Translations under genes and position numbers: made by a program
Part shown: piece by piece, positions 46,536 to 55,998 of the stretch
Position numbering within the stretch: position 1 is the stretch's first letter
How the letters are laid out: every line of letters begins with the position of its first letter
NCBI GenBank assembly: GCA_963848295.1
Contig: CAWKDB010000002.1
Coordinates: forward strand, 224,001 to 288,000
Direction: 5' to 3'
DNA length: 64,000 nt
DNA from: an uncultured delta proteobacterium
GTDB lineage: Bacteria; Myxococcota_A; Polyangia; Haliangiales; Haliangiaceae
Notes under the pieces: model-generated
Database searches by the model: none
Told to the model about the DNA's origin: nothing
What the model saw: only the letters and a program-made list of their open reading frames with translations

Positions 46536-46982
46536 ATGTCCACACGCCTACTCGCCACCGTGTTCGTGATCCTAGCCCCGAGCGTTGCTCGCGCGGATGA
46601 TTGTGCCGCCTTGGGCACCCCGCCGGCATCGGCGACGATCCCACAGCCCGCGATCGAGGCGCAGATCTCGATGGCGATGTGTCAAGCCGGGCACGCCCTC
46701 GATGCGCTCAAGGTCACGCCCGACGACGCAGGCATCGCTGCGATGACCGCCGCGACGAAGTCGAGCTTCGACATGCTCGACGACGCGATCGCGAAGAACG
46801 ATCCGTTCTGGAGCCCGGTCGCGCGGAAGGAGCGCGACGGGTTGCAGATCGCGATGGCGGTGCGCGTGCGCGATTCGATTCCGCCGATCACGGCGACGAC
46901 CGTCGGCCAGCCACTCATCGATCACGATCGAGCACACGCCGCACTCGAGCCGAAGCTCAAGACCTGGCTCGCGGTGCGCTAG
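46536..46982 (+). CDS. Secreted hypothetical protein, paralog B
   Basis: Shares GTPPASA, TPDDAGIAA, DPFWSP and AHAALEPKLK with paralog A. Confidence 0.8.
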   Translation: MSTRLLATVFVILAPSVARADDCAALGTPPASATIPQPAIEAQISMAMCQAGHALDALKVTPDDAGIAAMTAATKSSFDMLDDAIAKNDPFWSPVARKERDGLQIAMAVRVRDSIPPITATTVGQPLIDHDRAHAALEPKLKTWLAVR

Positions 46983-47539
46983 AACCGATGCCGCTCAGAT
47001 AAGTGCGTTGACCTTGACCTTGACCTCGACATGAACATCAACGCCACCTTGGACATTGACGTCGACCCGATCAGGTCATCTTGGTGAGCATCGCCACGAT
47101 GGCTTCAAGTGGATCGATGCCGCGCGCGTAGGTCGTCTCGCCGACCAACTTCAGGACTCGCATCGTGTCCAAAGCCGCTGCGGCCTCCATCGCGGAGCCG
47201 CGCGCGTGCGTGTAGAAGCGAGCCTGATCGACGTTCGTGCGACGACCCGCACCCTCGGCGATGTTACGAGGTTGCGACTGCGCGGCGCGGACCAGCTGAT
47301 CGGCAAGCTCGGCATGACCCTTCGGAAGCTCGCCGATGATCTCCAGTGCCAGCGCGAGGAACTCGATCGAGCGTTGATCGACGCGAAGCTTCTGGAAGCT
47401 GAGCATGACCGGGCTATCGGCCACACAACTCTGGAGTTGCGGTGTCAACAGCAACGCCTAAGGTGCCGTGCAAGTTCAGGTTCAGGTTCAGGTCAAGGTC
47501 AAGGTCAACGTTATCTGAGCGGCATTGGCGCTAGAACCG
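46976..47539. mobile_element. Transposase-less inverted-repeat element with target-site duplication, carrying a four-helix-bundle gene
   Basis: Direct repeat GCGCTAGAACCG at 46976-46987 and 47528-47539. Inverted repeats at 46985-47026 and 47490-47528 include (GACCTT)n / (AAGGTC)n hexamers. Confidence 0.8.
47071..47406 (-). CDS. Four helix bundle protein (23S rRNA IVS protein / bAvd-like family)
   Basis: MLSFQKLRV, LADQLVRAAQSQPRNIAEG, FYTHARGSAME and IVAMLTKM. Confidence 0.9.
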   Translation of the reverse strand: MLSFQKLRVDQRSIEFLALALEIIGELPKGHAELADQLVRAAQSQPRNIAEGAGRRTNVDQARFYTHARGSAMEAAAALDTMRVLKLVGETTYARGIDPLEAIVAMLTKMT

Positions 47540-48752
47540 CGCCGACGCCTTCGACCAATCACAGCCGAGCTCGTCTCGCGAGACGTGGCAGCGCAAGCAC
47601 ATCCGGCGATTGCCGCGATCGAGCGCGTGACATTGCGCGCTACCTCGCCAGTTCGCGGGGTGCGGCGTGAACCGTCCCTTGCCGGACTCGGCGCTATGGC
47701 ACGTCAGGCAGTCCTCTTCGCGATGACACGACGCGCACGTCTGTACGTTGCGCCGCGCCTCCTGCGCGTGCAGGTTCGGGCCGCCCATCGCCGACGCCCA
47801 GCCGGGGCGATGAAACGCGCGCGCCAGATCGGTCGAGTTGAAGTCGGTCTGAGCGCGCGTGCCGAGCCCCGATCGCTCGTGGCACGCGACGCAGAAGCTC
47901 TCGAGCCGATGGCACGCCGAGCAGTCCGGCTGACCGCGCCGCGCCTCGACCGCGTGGGTCAGCAAGTAGTTGCCCGGGTGAAAGTCGGTCGGCTTGACGA
48001 CGCCCTGGTGGCAATCGACGCACTCCGAGCGATCGTGGCAGGCGGTGCACGTCGCGCCGACCTGCCGCGCCTGCTGTTTGTGATCCTGCGCGAAGCCCGG
48101 GTCGTGGTCGTCGCCGAGCCCGCCGCGGCGCGGCACGAGATCGCCTTGCGGCAGCTGCGTCTCGAGCAGACCGCCGAGCTTCGTGAGGTGGCAATCGGCG
48201 CAGTGGCGCGGGGTCGTGCCGTCGGTGTGGCACTCCAGGCACAGGCCCATCGTCGGGAGCTGCTTCGTGCTCGCGAGGTCGACCGTGCGCAGATCGCCGT
48301 GACAGCGCGCGCAGTCGATCTTGGCATGGGCGGCGTGACCGAACTTGAGCGCCGGCGGCGCGATGTGGACGCGATCGACCGGGCGATCGACGGAGAACCC
48401 GCGGTGACATGCGACGCAGGCCGCCGGCGGGGTCGCGACCTTCGCCGGTACGGTGCGCTCGATCGCGTGGCACGCGCGACACGCCGCTTCGGTCGGGATC
48501 AAGTTGTCGACCGCCGAGCGCGAGGTGGTCGCGGTCGGATGACACATCGCGCACACCGCGCCGCGCGCGAGGTGCGCCTTGTGCGAGAAGATCAGCGGCA
48601 GCCGTTGCTGCGGGATAGACGATCGGCGACCAGCCGACGCCCGGGTCCTCGTCGCCCGCACCCGCGACGTCCGCGCGACCGAACCGCGCCGCGCCGATCA
48701 CGGCGGCGAGGCACAGCGCGCAGACGAGGGTGAGCTTGGCGTTCGTCGTCAT
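47531..48752 (-). CDS. Multiheme cytochrome c (c3/c7-like, 13 CxxCH); frameshift near 48615
   Basis: 13 CxxCH motifs counted; FSHKAH and FGHAAH motifs; signal peptide MTTNAKLTLVCAL in the adjacent frame. Confidence 0.9.
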
Positions 48753-50393
48753 GGTTCGGGTAGGAAGGCGAGATCGAGCACGGCGATCACGCGGGTTTGG
48801 AACGCTCGGATCTCGTCGTAGTCGCCTTCGAGGATCGCGTGGATCGCGACGGTGTCGGCGACCCGCCACGTCGAGCTGAGCACGGTCGAGCTCGTCGTGT
48901 ACTTCTGCGCGGTGACGTTCGCGCTCACGACCGGCTCGGTCGGCGTTTCATCGTCGCGCACCGCGAGCACGATCACGCGACCGCGCAGCCAGAGCTCGCG
49001 TTGCCAGCGCCACGAGGCCTCGGCGGTGCCGCCGACGCGCCGGCCGCCCCAGCCGTCGTCCCATAGCGCGTCGAGCCGCGCCGCGCCAGGTCTCGCCGAG
49101 CCGGCGCTCGATGCCGGCGTCGCCGCCGCCGGCGACCGACGTCGTGTCGTCGATCGGGGCGTAACGGCGCAGCCACACGCTCGCGGTGCCGCGCCACGGT
49201 CCAGGCGCGGCGTATTGATAGGCGATGCGGAAATCCGTCGTCGGCTCGATCGAGAACGCGTTGAAGATCGAATCGCCGTCGAACGTCGGATAGAAGTATT
49301 CGACCGTCGGCTCGATGACGTGGTCGCCGAACCGCAGGCGGACCCCGAGCGTCTGCACGATCGAACACGGCGTTGAGGATCGAGTAGCGCGCGTCGGCGT
49401 ACGGCTGTAGTTGCAGCGCACCGAGCGTGAAGTCGCCGTGGACGCGGCCGTACATCCGCTCTTCGTCGAGGCCGGTGCCGGGCGCTTGCCCGAAGTCGTT
49501 CGGATACAGCCCGAGATCGGGATAGCTGCAGGCGATCGACCGGCCCGATCAGGCCGACCGTGTCGGACCACGTGCGGCGATAGCCGAGCTCCGCGCCGAA
49601 GTGACGCATGCGCGCGGTCGCGATCGTGACGCCGATCGTCGGTTGCGTGACGTCGCGCTGCGGGCAATACGCGGTAGTCGCTCCCGAGCGCGGTGTTGGT
49701 GGTGTCGCGGTTGCGATCGATCAGCTGCCACGAGCCGGTGCCCGGGGTCGGCCCTTCGACGTACTCCTGACAGCCTGCGCCCGACGTGCCGTCGAGCTCG
49801 TACTGCGAGGTGCCGAGCGGCGACGACTCGCGCACGCGCAACCCGGCGGACGCCGTGATCGCGATCGGCGCCGGCGCGGGGAGCTCGGCGCGAACCTGGC
49901 CGCCGTCGAACGCGGTCGTGCCCCAGCCATCGTCGCTGAGGATCCGGCCGAGCTGCGCGGTGACGTGATCGTCGAACAGCCCTTCGAACTCGAGGTAGCC
50001 GTACATGAGATCCAACGCGACCGCCGACTCCGACAGCTCGGGGATCGCATCGATCGCGCTCTGGCTGACCGGCCCGGGCAACACGACCCGGCCGTTCGTG
50101 TAATCGCCGAAGTCGTGATCGATCCGAAGGTAGCTATAGAAGCTGATGCGTAAGCCGCGGTCCGGCAGGTGCGCGACCCGGCGATCGTGCGAGAAGTCAC
50201 CGACGTCGGTGATGCGCAGGGCGAGCGTCTGGGTGAACCGCCGGCGACCGAGGTAGACGTCGGGTCCGACGAGGCGAAAGTCGGTGAGCTGATACGCCTG
50301 GCCGGTGGTCTGCGCGCGGAGCCAGAACTCGTACGCGTGTGCCGACGTGGCCGACGCAGCCACAGCCGCGATCACCGCGCACGTACGACGCAT
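48749..50393 (-). CDS. Probable outer-membrane beta-barrel protein; several frameshifts
   Basis: Signal peptide ending AHA; many alternating aromatic beta-strand segments; C-terminal RVIAVLDLAF; ATGA overlap with the cytochrome gene. Confidence 0.65.
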
Positions 50394-50414
50394 CGGCGCC
50401 GACGGTATCACCCG

Positions 50415-52334
50415 CTACATGGGCTTGCGCGACGCGGTGACCGTGATCAAGTCGATGACCGAGCCCGCACCCACGGGCGCGATGCCCCACGCTCCGAGAT
50501 CGTTCGCCTCCGGATCGGCCTGGATCTCACACTGGACGAGCGTGGTCTCGGCGCTCGGTGGGCCGAACGTCAGCGTCGCCGTGCCGTTCGCCACGACCAG
50601 GTGGGCCGCGACCGACGTGTCGTCGGCGACCACCGGGACGACGCCGCCCTGGCACGATGGGCTCGACGAGCTGCCGTCGAGGCGATCGATGTGCGCGGGC
50701 ATCCCCGGCTCGACGTAACCGACGAGCGCGCGCCCCGGCCCGAGCTCTTGCGCGACGAGCGCGAAGCCGCCGGACCTGACGTCGAGGATCGCGCTGACCG
50801 AGCCGGTCGTCATCTTCGGGCCGCCGAGCAGCGCGCTCGCGCCGAGGCTGTCGTCGACCGCGGTCAACGTGTACAGCGCGCCACGCGTCACCGTGCTCGG
50901 ATCGCTCGCGGTCAAGATCGCGTTGTTCGCCGGATTCGAGAAATCGACGGCGGCGAGCGCCGAGGTCGCCCCGACGAGCGACGGCCGATAGATCCACGCT
51001 TCGGTGCCGGCATCTCGGCCGGGGAGCACGAGCACGCTGCCATCGCCGAGCCGGATCATCGTCGGCGCGTTGACGTTGCTCGGGTACCTCGTCGTCCCGG
51101 CCGCGGTCCATGTATCGGTCGTGGGTATGTAGAAGTGCACCGAATTCGGCGCATCGCCGCTGAGCGCGAGCACGCTGCCGTCTTCGAGCTCGACCATGTG
51201 GGCGTTCGTGAGCAGCGGCGCCGCAGCGGTCGCGACCAGCGTGCCTGCCGGTGTGATCTGCTGCGCGATACCCGACGCTGGGGCGAAGCCGTCGGCATCG
51301 AACGCGGTCAACGCGGCGCCACCGTCGAGCCCGACGACGTGAGCGCCGACCCCGGTGAGCTCGGTCGCGGTAGGCGTGAGCGACGGCGGATCTTGGAGCG
51401 CGAACACCTCGGCGGTGCCGGTCGTCACCTCGCTGCCCGCGACCGTGAACAGCTCGCCGCCGCCCGCCGCCGGCCCACCGTCGATCACGGTCGGGTAGAG
51501 AAACGCGGCATCGGACGCCAGGGTCTGGCCGACCTGCGGCGAATCCTGCGGCGCGTCGATCGCGAACACGTGGCTGGTCCGCGCCGCGTTCGCGGCGGTG
51601 CACGGGTCGGTCGTCAAGCAACCGCCGGTCAGCATCACGCGATCGGTGCCGACGGGGACCGCACCTTGATATGCGCGCGGCTCGGGGCGCGCCGACGCCG
51701 TGAACTTCATGGTCGTCGGATCGAAGATCGTCCACAACCGATCGCCGCCGGACAGCAGCACGCGCCCGTCGGTGAGCGTCGTCAGGACGACGCCGTCGAA
51801 GCCGAACGTGTCGTCGACCAAGCCGTCCGGCACGTCGACGTCGAGAAAGCTCGCGGTCCGCGGATCGTAGTACTCCGCGCTCGTCAGCGGCAGGTTCGCC
51901 GGATCGTGGCCGCCCGCGACGAGCACGCCATCGCCGGCCCGAGCGACGAGCGGTGCGCTGCGCGGCACGGTCATGCCGCCGACCTGGCAGAAGTCGTTCG
52001 GCGTCGCCATGAGGATCGGCAGCGCGGCGCCGGCGGCGAGGGTCTCGTAGTCGATCGGCGACGTCTTGCCTTCGGCGAGCACGAGCTGGTCGGCGTCGAC
52101 GAGCTCGATCCCGATCTGCTCGGTGTCGGCCGGGATATCGGACAGCTCGACCGGTTCGCCGTTCGGCACCGCCACCTGATGATCGCCCGCCGGGCCCCAC
52201 GCGTGGACGTTGACCGACGTGAAATCGGTGGCGCCGCAGTCACCGACCACCTCGAGCGACACGTGGGCGGGGCTGCTGCACGCGGCAAGCGCCATCGCGA
52301 GCAGGCACGCATCGAGCGCGGTCCGATGGATCAC
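50415..52334 (-). CDS. Kelch-like beta-propeller lipoprotein
   Basis: Lipobox LAAC; VLVAGG...SAEYYDP, LTDGRVLLSGG and LEDGSVL repeats; start GTG 52334 or ATG 52343. Confidence 0.8.
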   Translation of the reverse strand: MIHRTALDACLLAMALAACSSPAHVSLEVVGDCGATDFTSVNVHAWGPAGDHQVAVPNGEPVELSDIPADTEQIGIELVDADQLVLAEGKTSPIDYETLAAGAALPILMATPNDFCQVGGMTVPRSAPLVARAGDGVLVAGGHDPANLPLTSAEYYDPRTASFLDVDVPDGLVDDTFGFDGVVLTTLTDGRVLLSGGDRLWTIFDPTTMKFTASARPEPRAYQGAVPVGTDRVMLTGGCLTTDPCTAANAARTSHVFAIDAPQDSPQVGQTLASDAAFLYPTVIDGGPAAGGGELFTVAGSEVTTGTAEVFALQDPPSLTPTATELTGVGAHVVGLDGGAALTAFDADGFAPASGIAQQITPAGTLVATAAAPLLTNAHMVELEDGSVLALSGDAPNSVHFYIPTTDTWTAAGTTRYPSNVNAPTMIRLGDGSVLVLPGRDAGTEAWIYRPSLVGATSALAAVDFSNPANNAILTASDPSTVTRGALYTLTAVDDSLGASALLGGPKMTTGSVSAILDVRSGGFALVAQELGPGRALVGYVEPGMPAHIDRLDGSSSSPSCQGGVVPVVADDTSVAAHLVVANGTATLTFGPPSAETTLVQCEIQADPEANDLGAWGIAPVGAGSVIDLITVTASRKPM

Positions 52335-52358
52335 CTCCCACATGATACTCTGCCCGCG

Positions 52359-54311
52359 ATGGCCGGAGCCGATGAGGCCGGGACCGATGACGCCGGGGGG
52401 GGCCGGCCGCCCCGCCAGGCGACCGAGCTGCCGACGACGTTCGGCAAGTACTACCTGACCGAGAAGCTCGCGACCGGCGGCATGGCCGAGATCTACCTCG
52501 CGAAGCTGATCGGCCCGGGCGGGTTCGAGAAGCAGCTCGTGATCAAGCAGATCCATCCGAAGCTGACCGGCCAGCGCCACTTCGTCGACCTGTTCGTCGC
52601 CGAGGCCAAGACGCTCGTCACGCTCGCGCACGGCAACATCGTCCCGGTCTACGAGCTCGGCGTGATCGACGACACCTACTTCATCGCGATGGACTACATC
52701 GACGGGCCGACACTGTATCGGTTGACCGAGACGATGTCGCGGCGCGACGCGCTGATGGAGCCGCAGGTCGCCGCGTGGATCGCCGCGCGCGTGCTCGACG
52801 GCCTGGACTACGCGCATCGCAAAGGCGAAGGCGTGATCCATCGCGATCTGTCGCCGCGCAACGTGATGATGTCGCGCGACGGCGAGGTCAAGCTCGTCGA
52901 CTTCGGGATCGCGGTGACGCTCGGCGAGACCGGCGAGTCCCATCAGAGCGCGCCGACCGGCTCGTTCCCGTACATGTCGCCCGAGCAAGTGCGGCGCGAC
53001 GCGCTGACCGGGCAGACCGACTTGTTCTCGGTCGGCGTGCTGCTGTGGGAGATGCTCGTCGGACGCCGGCTGTTCGCGCGGTCGGATGCCGATGCGACGC
53101 TCGCGGCGGTCGTCGGGTTCGCGATCCCGCTGCCGTCGAGCGAGCGCCCCGAGGTGCCGGCGAAGCTCGAGGAGGTCGTGATGCGCGCGCTCGAGCGCGA
53201 TCGCGAGGCGCGCTGGGCCAATGCCGGGGACATGGTCGCCGCGCTCAATCGCTACCTCTATGCGCTCGACGAGCCGCCGGGCGCTCGCGAGATCGCGGCG
53301 CTGGTCGCGAAGTTCTGTCCGCCCGCGACCCGCCGGCTGCCGACGCACCTCGAGGCGATCGCGACCGATCCGTCTGCCGATGCGCGCGACCCCGCGGCGC
53401 CCGAGCCCGCCGACGCCGACGGCGACGCGAGCGGGCCGGTGACGCCCTCGCCGCCCTTGCCCGGGCCGCACACCGCCGTGATCCCGCGCGAGGGCAACGC
53501 GCCACGCGGCAAGAAGCAGCGCCGCGCCCAGACGTTCGCGACCCACGTCGAGCTCGCGAGCATGCTCGAGCGCGCGACGCCGGCCGAGGGCGATGGCGAA
53601 GTCGACGAGACCAACGGCGCGAACATCGAGACGTCACCGACCGCGGCGCCGCGCACCCCGGATCGGCCACCGACCGTCGAGGTCGCCGAGGATCTCGAAG
53701 AGCCCGAGCCGCGACCCGGCATCATCGCGCCGAAGTTCAACTTCGGAGTCCCCGGTCGCCGGGCGCCGAGTCGTTTCGTGCTCGGTATCGCGGCGATCGG
53801 CATGGCGGTGCTCGGCACGATCGCGCTGTTCGTCGTCCTGCGCGCGCGCAGCCAGTTCGCGCGCAACGGACTCGCCGACGCGCCGCGCGCCGACGTCGCC
53901 GCGATCGTGCCGCCGCTGTTCGACGCCGCGATCGACGCGCCGCCTGCGATCGATGCCGGCGAGCCCGATGCCGAGCCGCCACCGGTCGACGCCGCGGTCT
54001 TGGTCCATCGCGACGCTGCGGTCAGGCTCCGCCCCGATGCCGACGTCGTTCAGCCGCCGTCGCGCGTCGATGCAGCGGTCATTGCGCCGGCCGGGACGGC
54101 CACGCTGAAGCTGGGCGCGAAACCGTGGGCCGAGGTCTACATCGACGGCGCCAAGCAGGGGGCTCAGGCACCGAACGACTTCCGGGTGCCCGTCGGGCAC
54201 CATTCGATCAGACTCGTGTTCCCCGCCGTTGATCCGCCGCGCGAGCAGAAGTTCGAGGTCGACGTCAAGGCGGGCGAGACCATGCCACTCGCCGCCGACT
54301 TCACGCAGTGA
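52359..54311 (+). CDS. Ser/Thr protein kinase with TM and PEGA-like C-terminal domain
   Basis: LATGGMAEIY, VIKQI, IHRDLSPRNV, DFG, YMSPEQ and DLFSVG; TM; PWAEVYIDG. Confidence 0.93.
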   Translation: MAGADEAGTDDAGGGRPPRQATELPTTFGKYYLTEKLATGGMAEIYLAKLIGPGGFEKQLVIKQIHPKLTGQRHFVDLFVAEAKTLVTLAHGNIVPVYELGVIDDTYFIAMDYIDGPTLYRLTETMSRRDALMEPQVAAWIAARVLDGLDYAHRKGEGVIHRDLSPRNVMMSRDGEVKLVDFGIAVTLGETGESHQSAPTGSFPYMSPEQVRRDALTGQTDLFSVGVLLWEMLVGRRLFARSDADATLAAVVGFAIPLPSSERPEVPAKLEEVVMRALERDREARWANAGDMVAALNRYLYALDEPPGAREIAALVAKFCPPATRRLPTHLEAIATDPSADARDPAAPEPADADGDASGPVTPSPPLPGPHTAVIPREGNAPRGKKQRRAQTFATHVELASMLERATPAEGDGEVDETNGANIETSPTAAPRTPDRPPTVEVAEDLEEPEPRPGIIAPKFNFGVPGRRAPSRFVLGIAAIGMAVLGTIALFVVLRARSQFARNGLADAPRADVAAIVPPLFDAAIDAPPAIDAGEPDAEPPPVDAAVLVHRDAAVRLRPDADVVQPPSRVDAAVIAPAGTATLKLGAKPWAEVYIDGAKQGAQAPNDFRVPVGHHSIRLVFPAVDPPREQKFEVDVKAGETMPLAADFTQ

Positions 54312-54312
54312 C

Positions 54313-54481
54313 GGGACATGGTGGGACATGGTGACGCTGTCGCTATTGTCAACTTGCGCGCCGTGAGGGCATTTCGCATTCGTCGACCGGAAGCTGGATC
54401 TGCTCTGTGCCCAAGTAGACAAAAGCGACAGCGTCACCATCGGCTTCAAGTAGACAAAAGCGACAGCGTCACCATCGGCTT
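54313..54481. repeat. REP/MITE-like intergenic element: 29-bp inverted repeat with the right arm duplicated in tandem
   Basis: ATGGTGACGCTGTCGCTATTGTCAACTTG (54328-54356) is inverted (27/29) to a perfect 35-bp tandem repeat at 54412-54446 and 54447-54481. GGGACATGGT is duplicated at 54313-54332. Confidence 0.9.
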
Positions 54482-55706
54482 AGTGGCCGAATTTGCTCGG
54501 ATCGAGATCCAGGATGGGGGGCGGCTTGGAGGCTGAGGTCGAGACGATGATCGCCAGGGTCGTGATGACGGCGGCGGCGCCGACGCTGCCCCACAACCAG
54601 CCGTTGCGGCAGAGCTTGCATCGCGGGCCGCCGCCGCCAGCGATGCCGCCGGCACGGACGTCGCGCAAGACGCTCGGGGGATAGCGCAGCTCGCCGTTCG
54701 AGACGCCTTGCCACACCGAACGCGCCGCCGCGTCGAGCCCGCTGCGATCGGCGTAGCCGATCTCGACGACCGCGCTGCACAGGGCCGGTGCGCCGGCACA
54801 GCGCTGCGCGAGCAACGTCGGTCCACCGCGGCGTTCGGTCTCGACCACGACGATCACCTCGTCGACATCCGCGAACCGCAACGTCGCATCGACGAGCTCC
54901 TGTTGCGCGTGGTCCGACATGCCGAGCTCGGCGCCGGCCGCGAGTCGAGTCGTCGCCTCGTCGCGATCGAGCTCGATCGAGACGTCGCGGGTCGCGTCGT
55001 CGACCGCGACCGCGATCGCATGCGCGTGATACATCGGCGCGCGCGCGATCACGACGTGCTGGCCGCGCGCGAGCTCGCCCTCGAACGGGGCGCGCCCGAC
55101 GTCCTTGCCGTCGACGCTGACCGTCGCGTCGGTCGGATCGACCGCGATCCGCGTGTGCTGCATCGTCGGGGTCAGCGCACGCACCGCGTCCACCTGCTGC
55201 GATCACGTTCGGCGAGAACTCGAGCTCGGTGATCGGCCGATCCGGGTCGAGCGCGAGCGCGAGTGCGATCGCGGCTTGCGACGCCTCGGTGCGCCCGAGC
55301 TGGCCGAGCACCGCGCCGAGCTTGAGCGAGGCGTCGGCGTAGAGCACCGAGCCACCAGGCAACGCGACGATGTCCTCGGCGTCGGTGCGCGCCGCGGCGA
55401 GCCGCTCGGCCGCGAACCCGAGCGTCGACGCGCTGGTAGGCATCCCAGCCCTCGTCGATCTGTTCGCGGACGCGGCGAAACCGCTGCAGCGTCTCGACCG
55501 GCACGGCGCCCGCAGCGGCGGCATCTCGCGCCTCGTTCGACCGCTCCCGGGACGATCGTCCTGGGCCGCTCCGCCGCGATCGCGCGCGCCATCGCCGCGG
55601 CGACCGTGCCGCGTGACTCGCCGGCCGCGACGATCCCCACACTATCGGCCGCCGCGATCCGCGCGGTCAACGCGATCGCTGCCACCAGGGCGACCCGAGC
55701 CCGCAT
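54480..55706 (-). CDS. PEGA-domain protein with C-terminal TM; frameshifts
   Basis: Signal MRARVALVAA; DPTDATVSVDGKDVGRAP...GQHVV (PEGA); WLWGSVGAAAV TM. Confidence 0.75.
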
Positions 55707-55728
55707 CGGCACGAGTATACTCTCGCGC
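55707..55728. promoter_or_regulatory. Bidirectional -10 palindrome for two leaderless divergent genes
   Basis: GAGTATACTC gives TATACT on both strands, each 7 nt from an ATG (55729 plus strand, 55706 minus strand). Confidence 0.65.
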
Positions 55729-55998
55729 ATGTCGTTCGAATGGCTCGAGTGCACCCCGATGCGCCGCAACGGTGCCGAGCTGCGCGCCAAGGTCGCCGCC
55801 GCCGAGCTCGCGAGCCGAGCGGGCTTGCTGTATCGCCTCGGTTTCTCGCAGGACGCTGCCACCAAGCGGCTCGCCGCGCGCGTCGCGTGGGAGTACGACC
55901 CACCGTCGAAGCACGGCGGCCCGCACACGCGGCCGGCGGCCCTGTCCGACGCGGCGATCGCGAAGATCGTCGCCGAGACCTTCGCCCGCCGCCCGTGA
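55729..55998 (+). CDS. Small hypothetical protein (89 aa)
   Basis: MSFEWLECTP...AETFARRP; -10 motif upstream; GTGA overlap with the next gene. Confidence 0.7.
   Translation: MSFEWLECTPMRRNGAELRAKVAAAELASRAGLLYRLGFSQDAATKRLAARVAWEYDPPSKHGGPHTRPAALSDAAIAKIVAETFARRP

Noticed and set aside
47071..47406. Diversity-generating retroelement or rRNA intervening sequence
   Set aside because: No reverse transcriptase, TR/VR pair or rRNA nearby.
47533..47552. GAACCGCGCCG matches here and at 48681 as extra copies of the intragenic repeat
   Set aside because: Similarity stops after about 11 bp and there is no two-hairpin structure; likely chance in GC-rich DNA.
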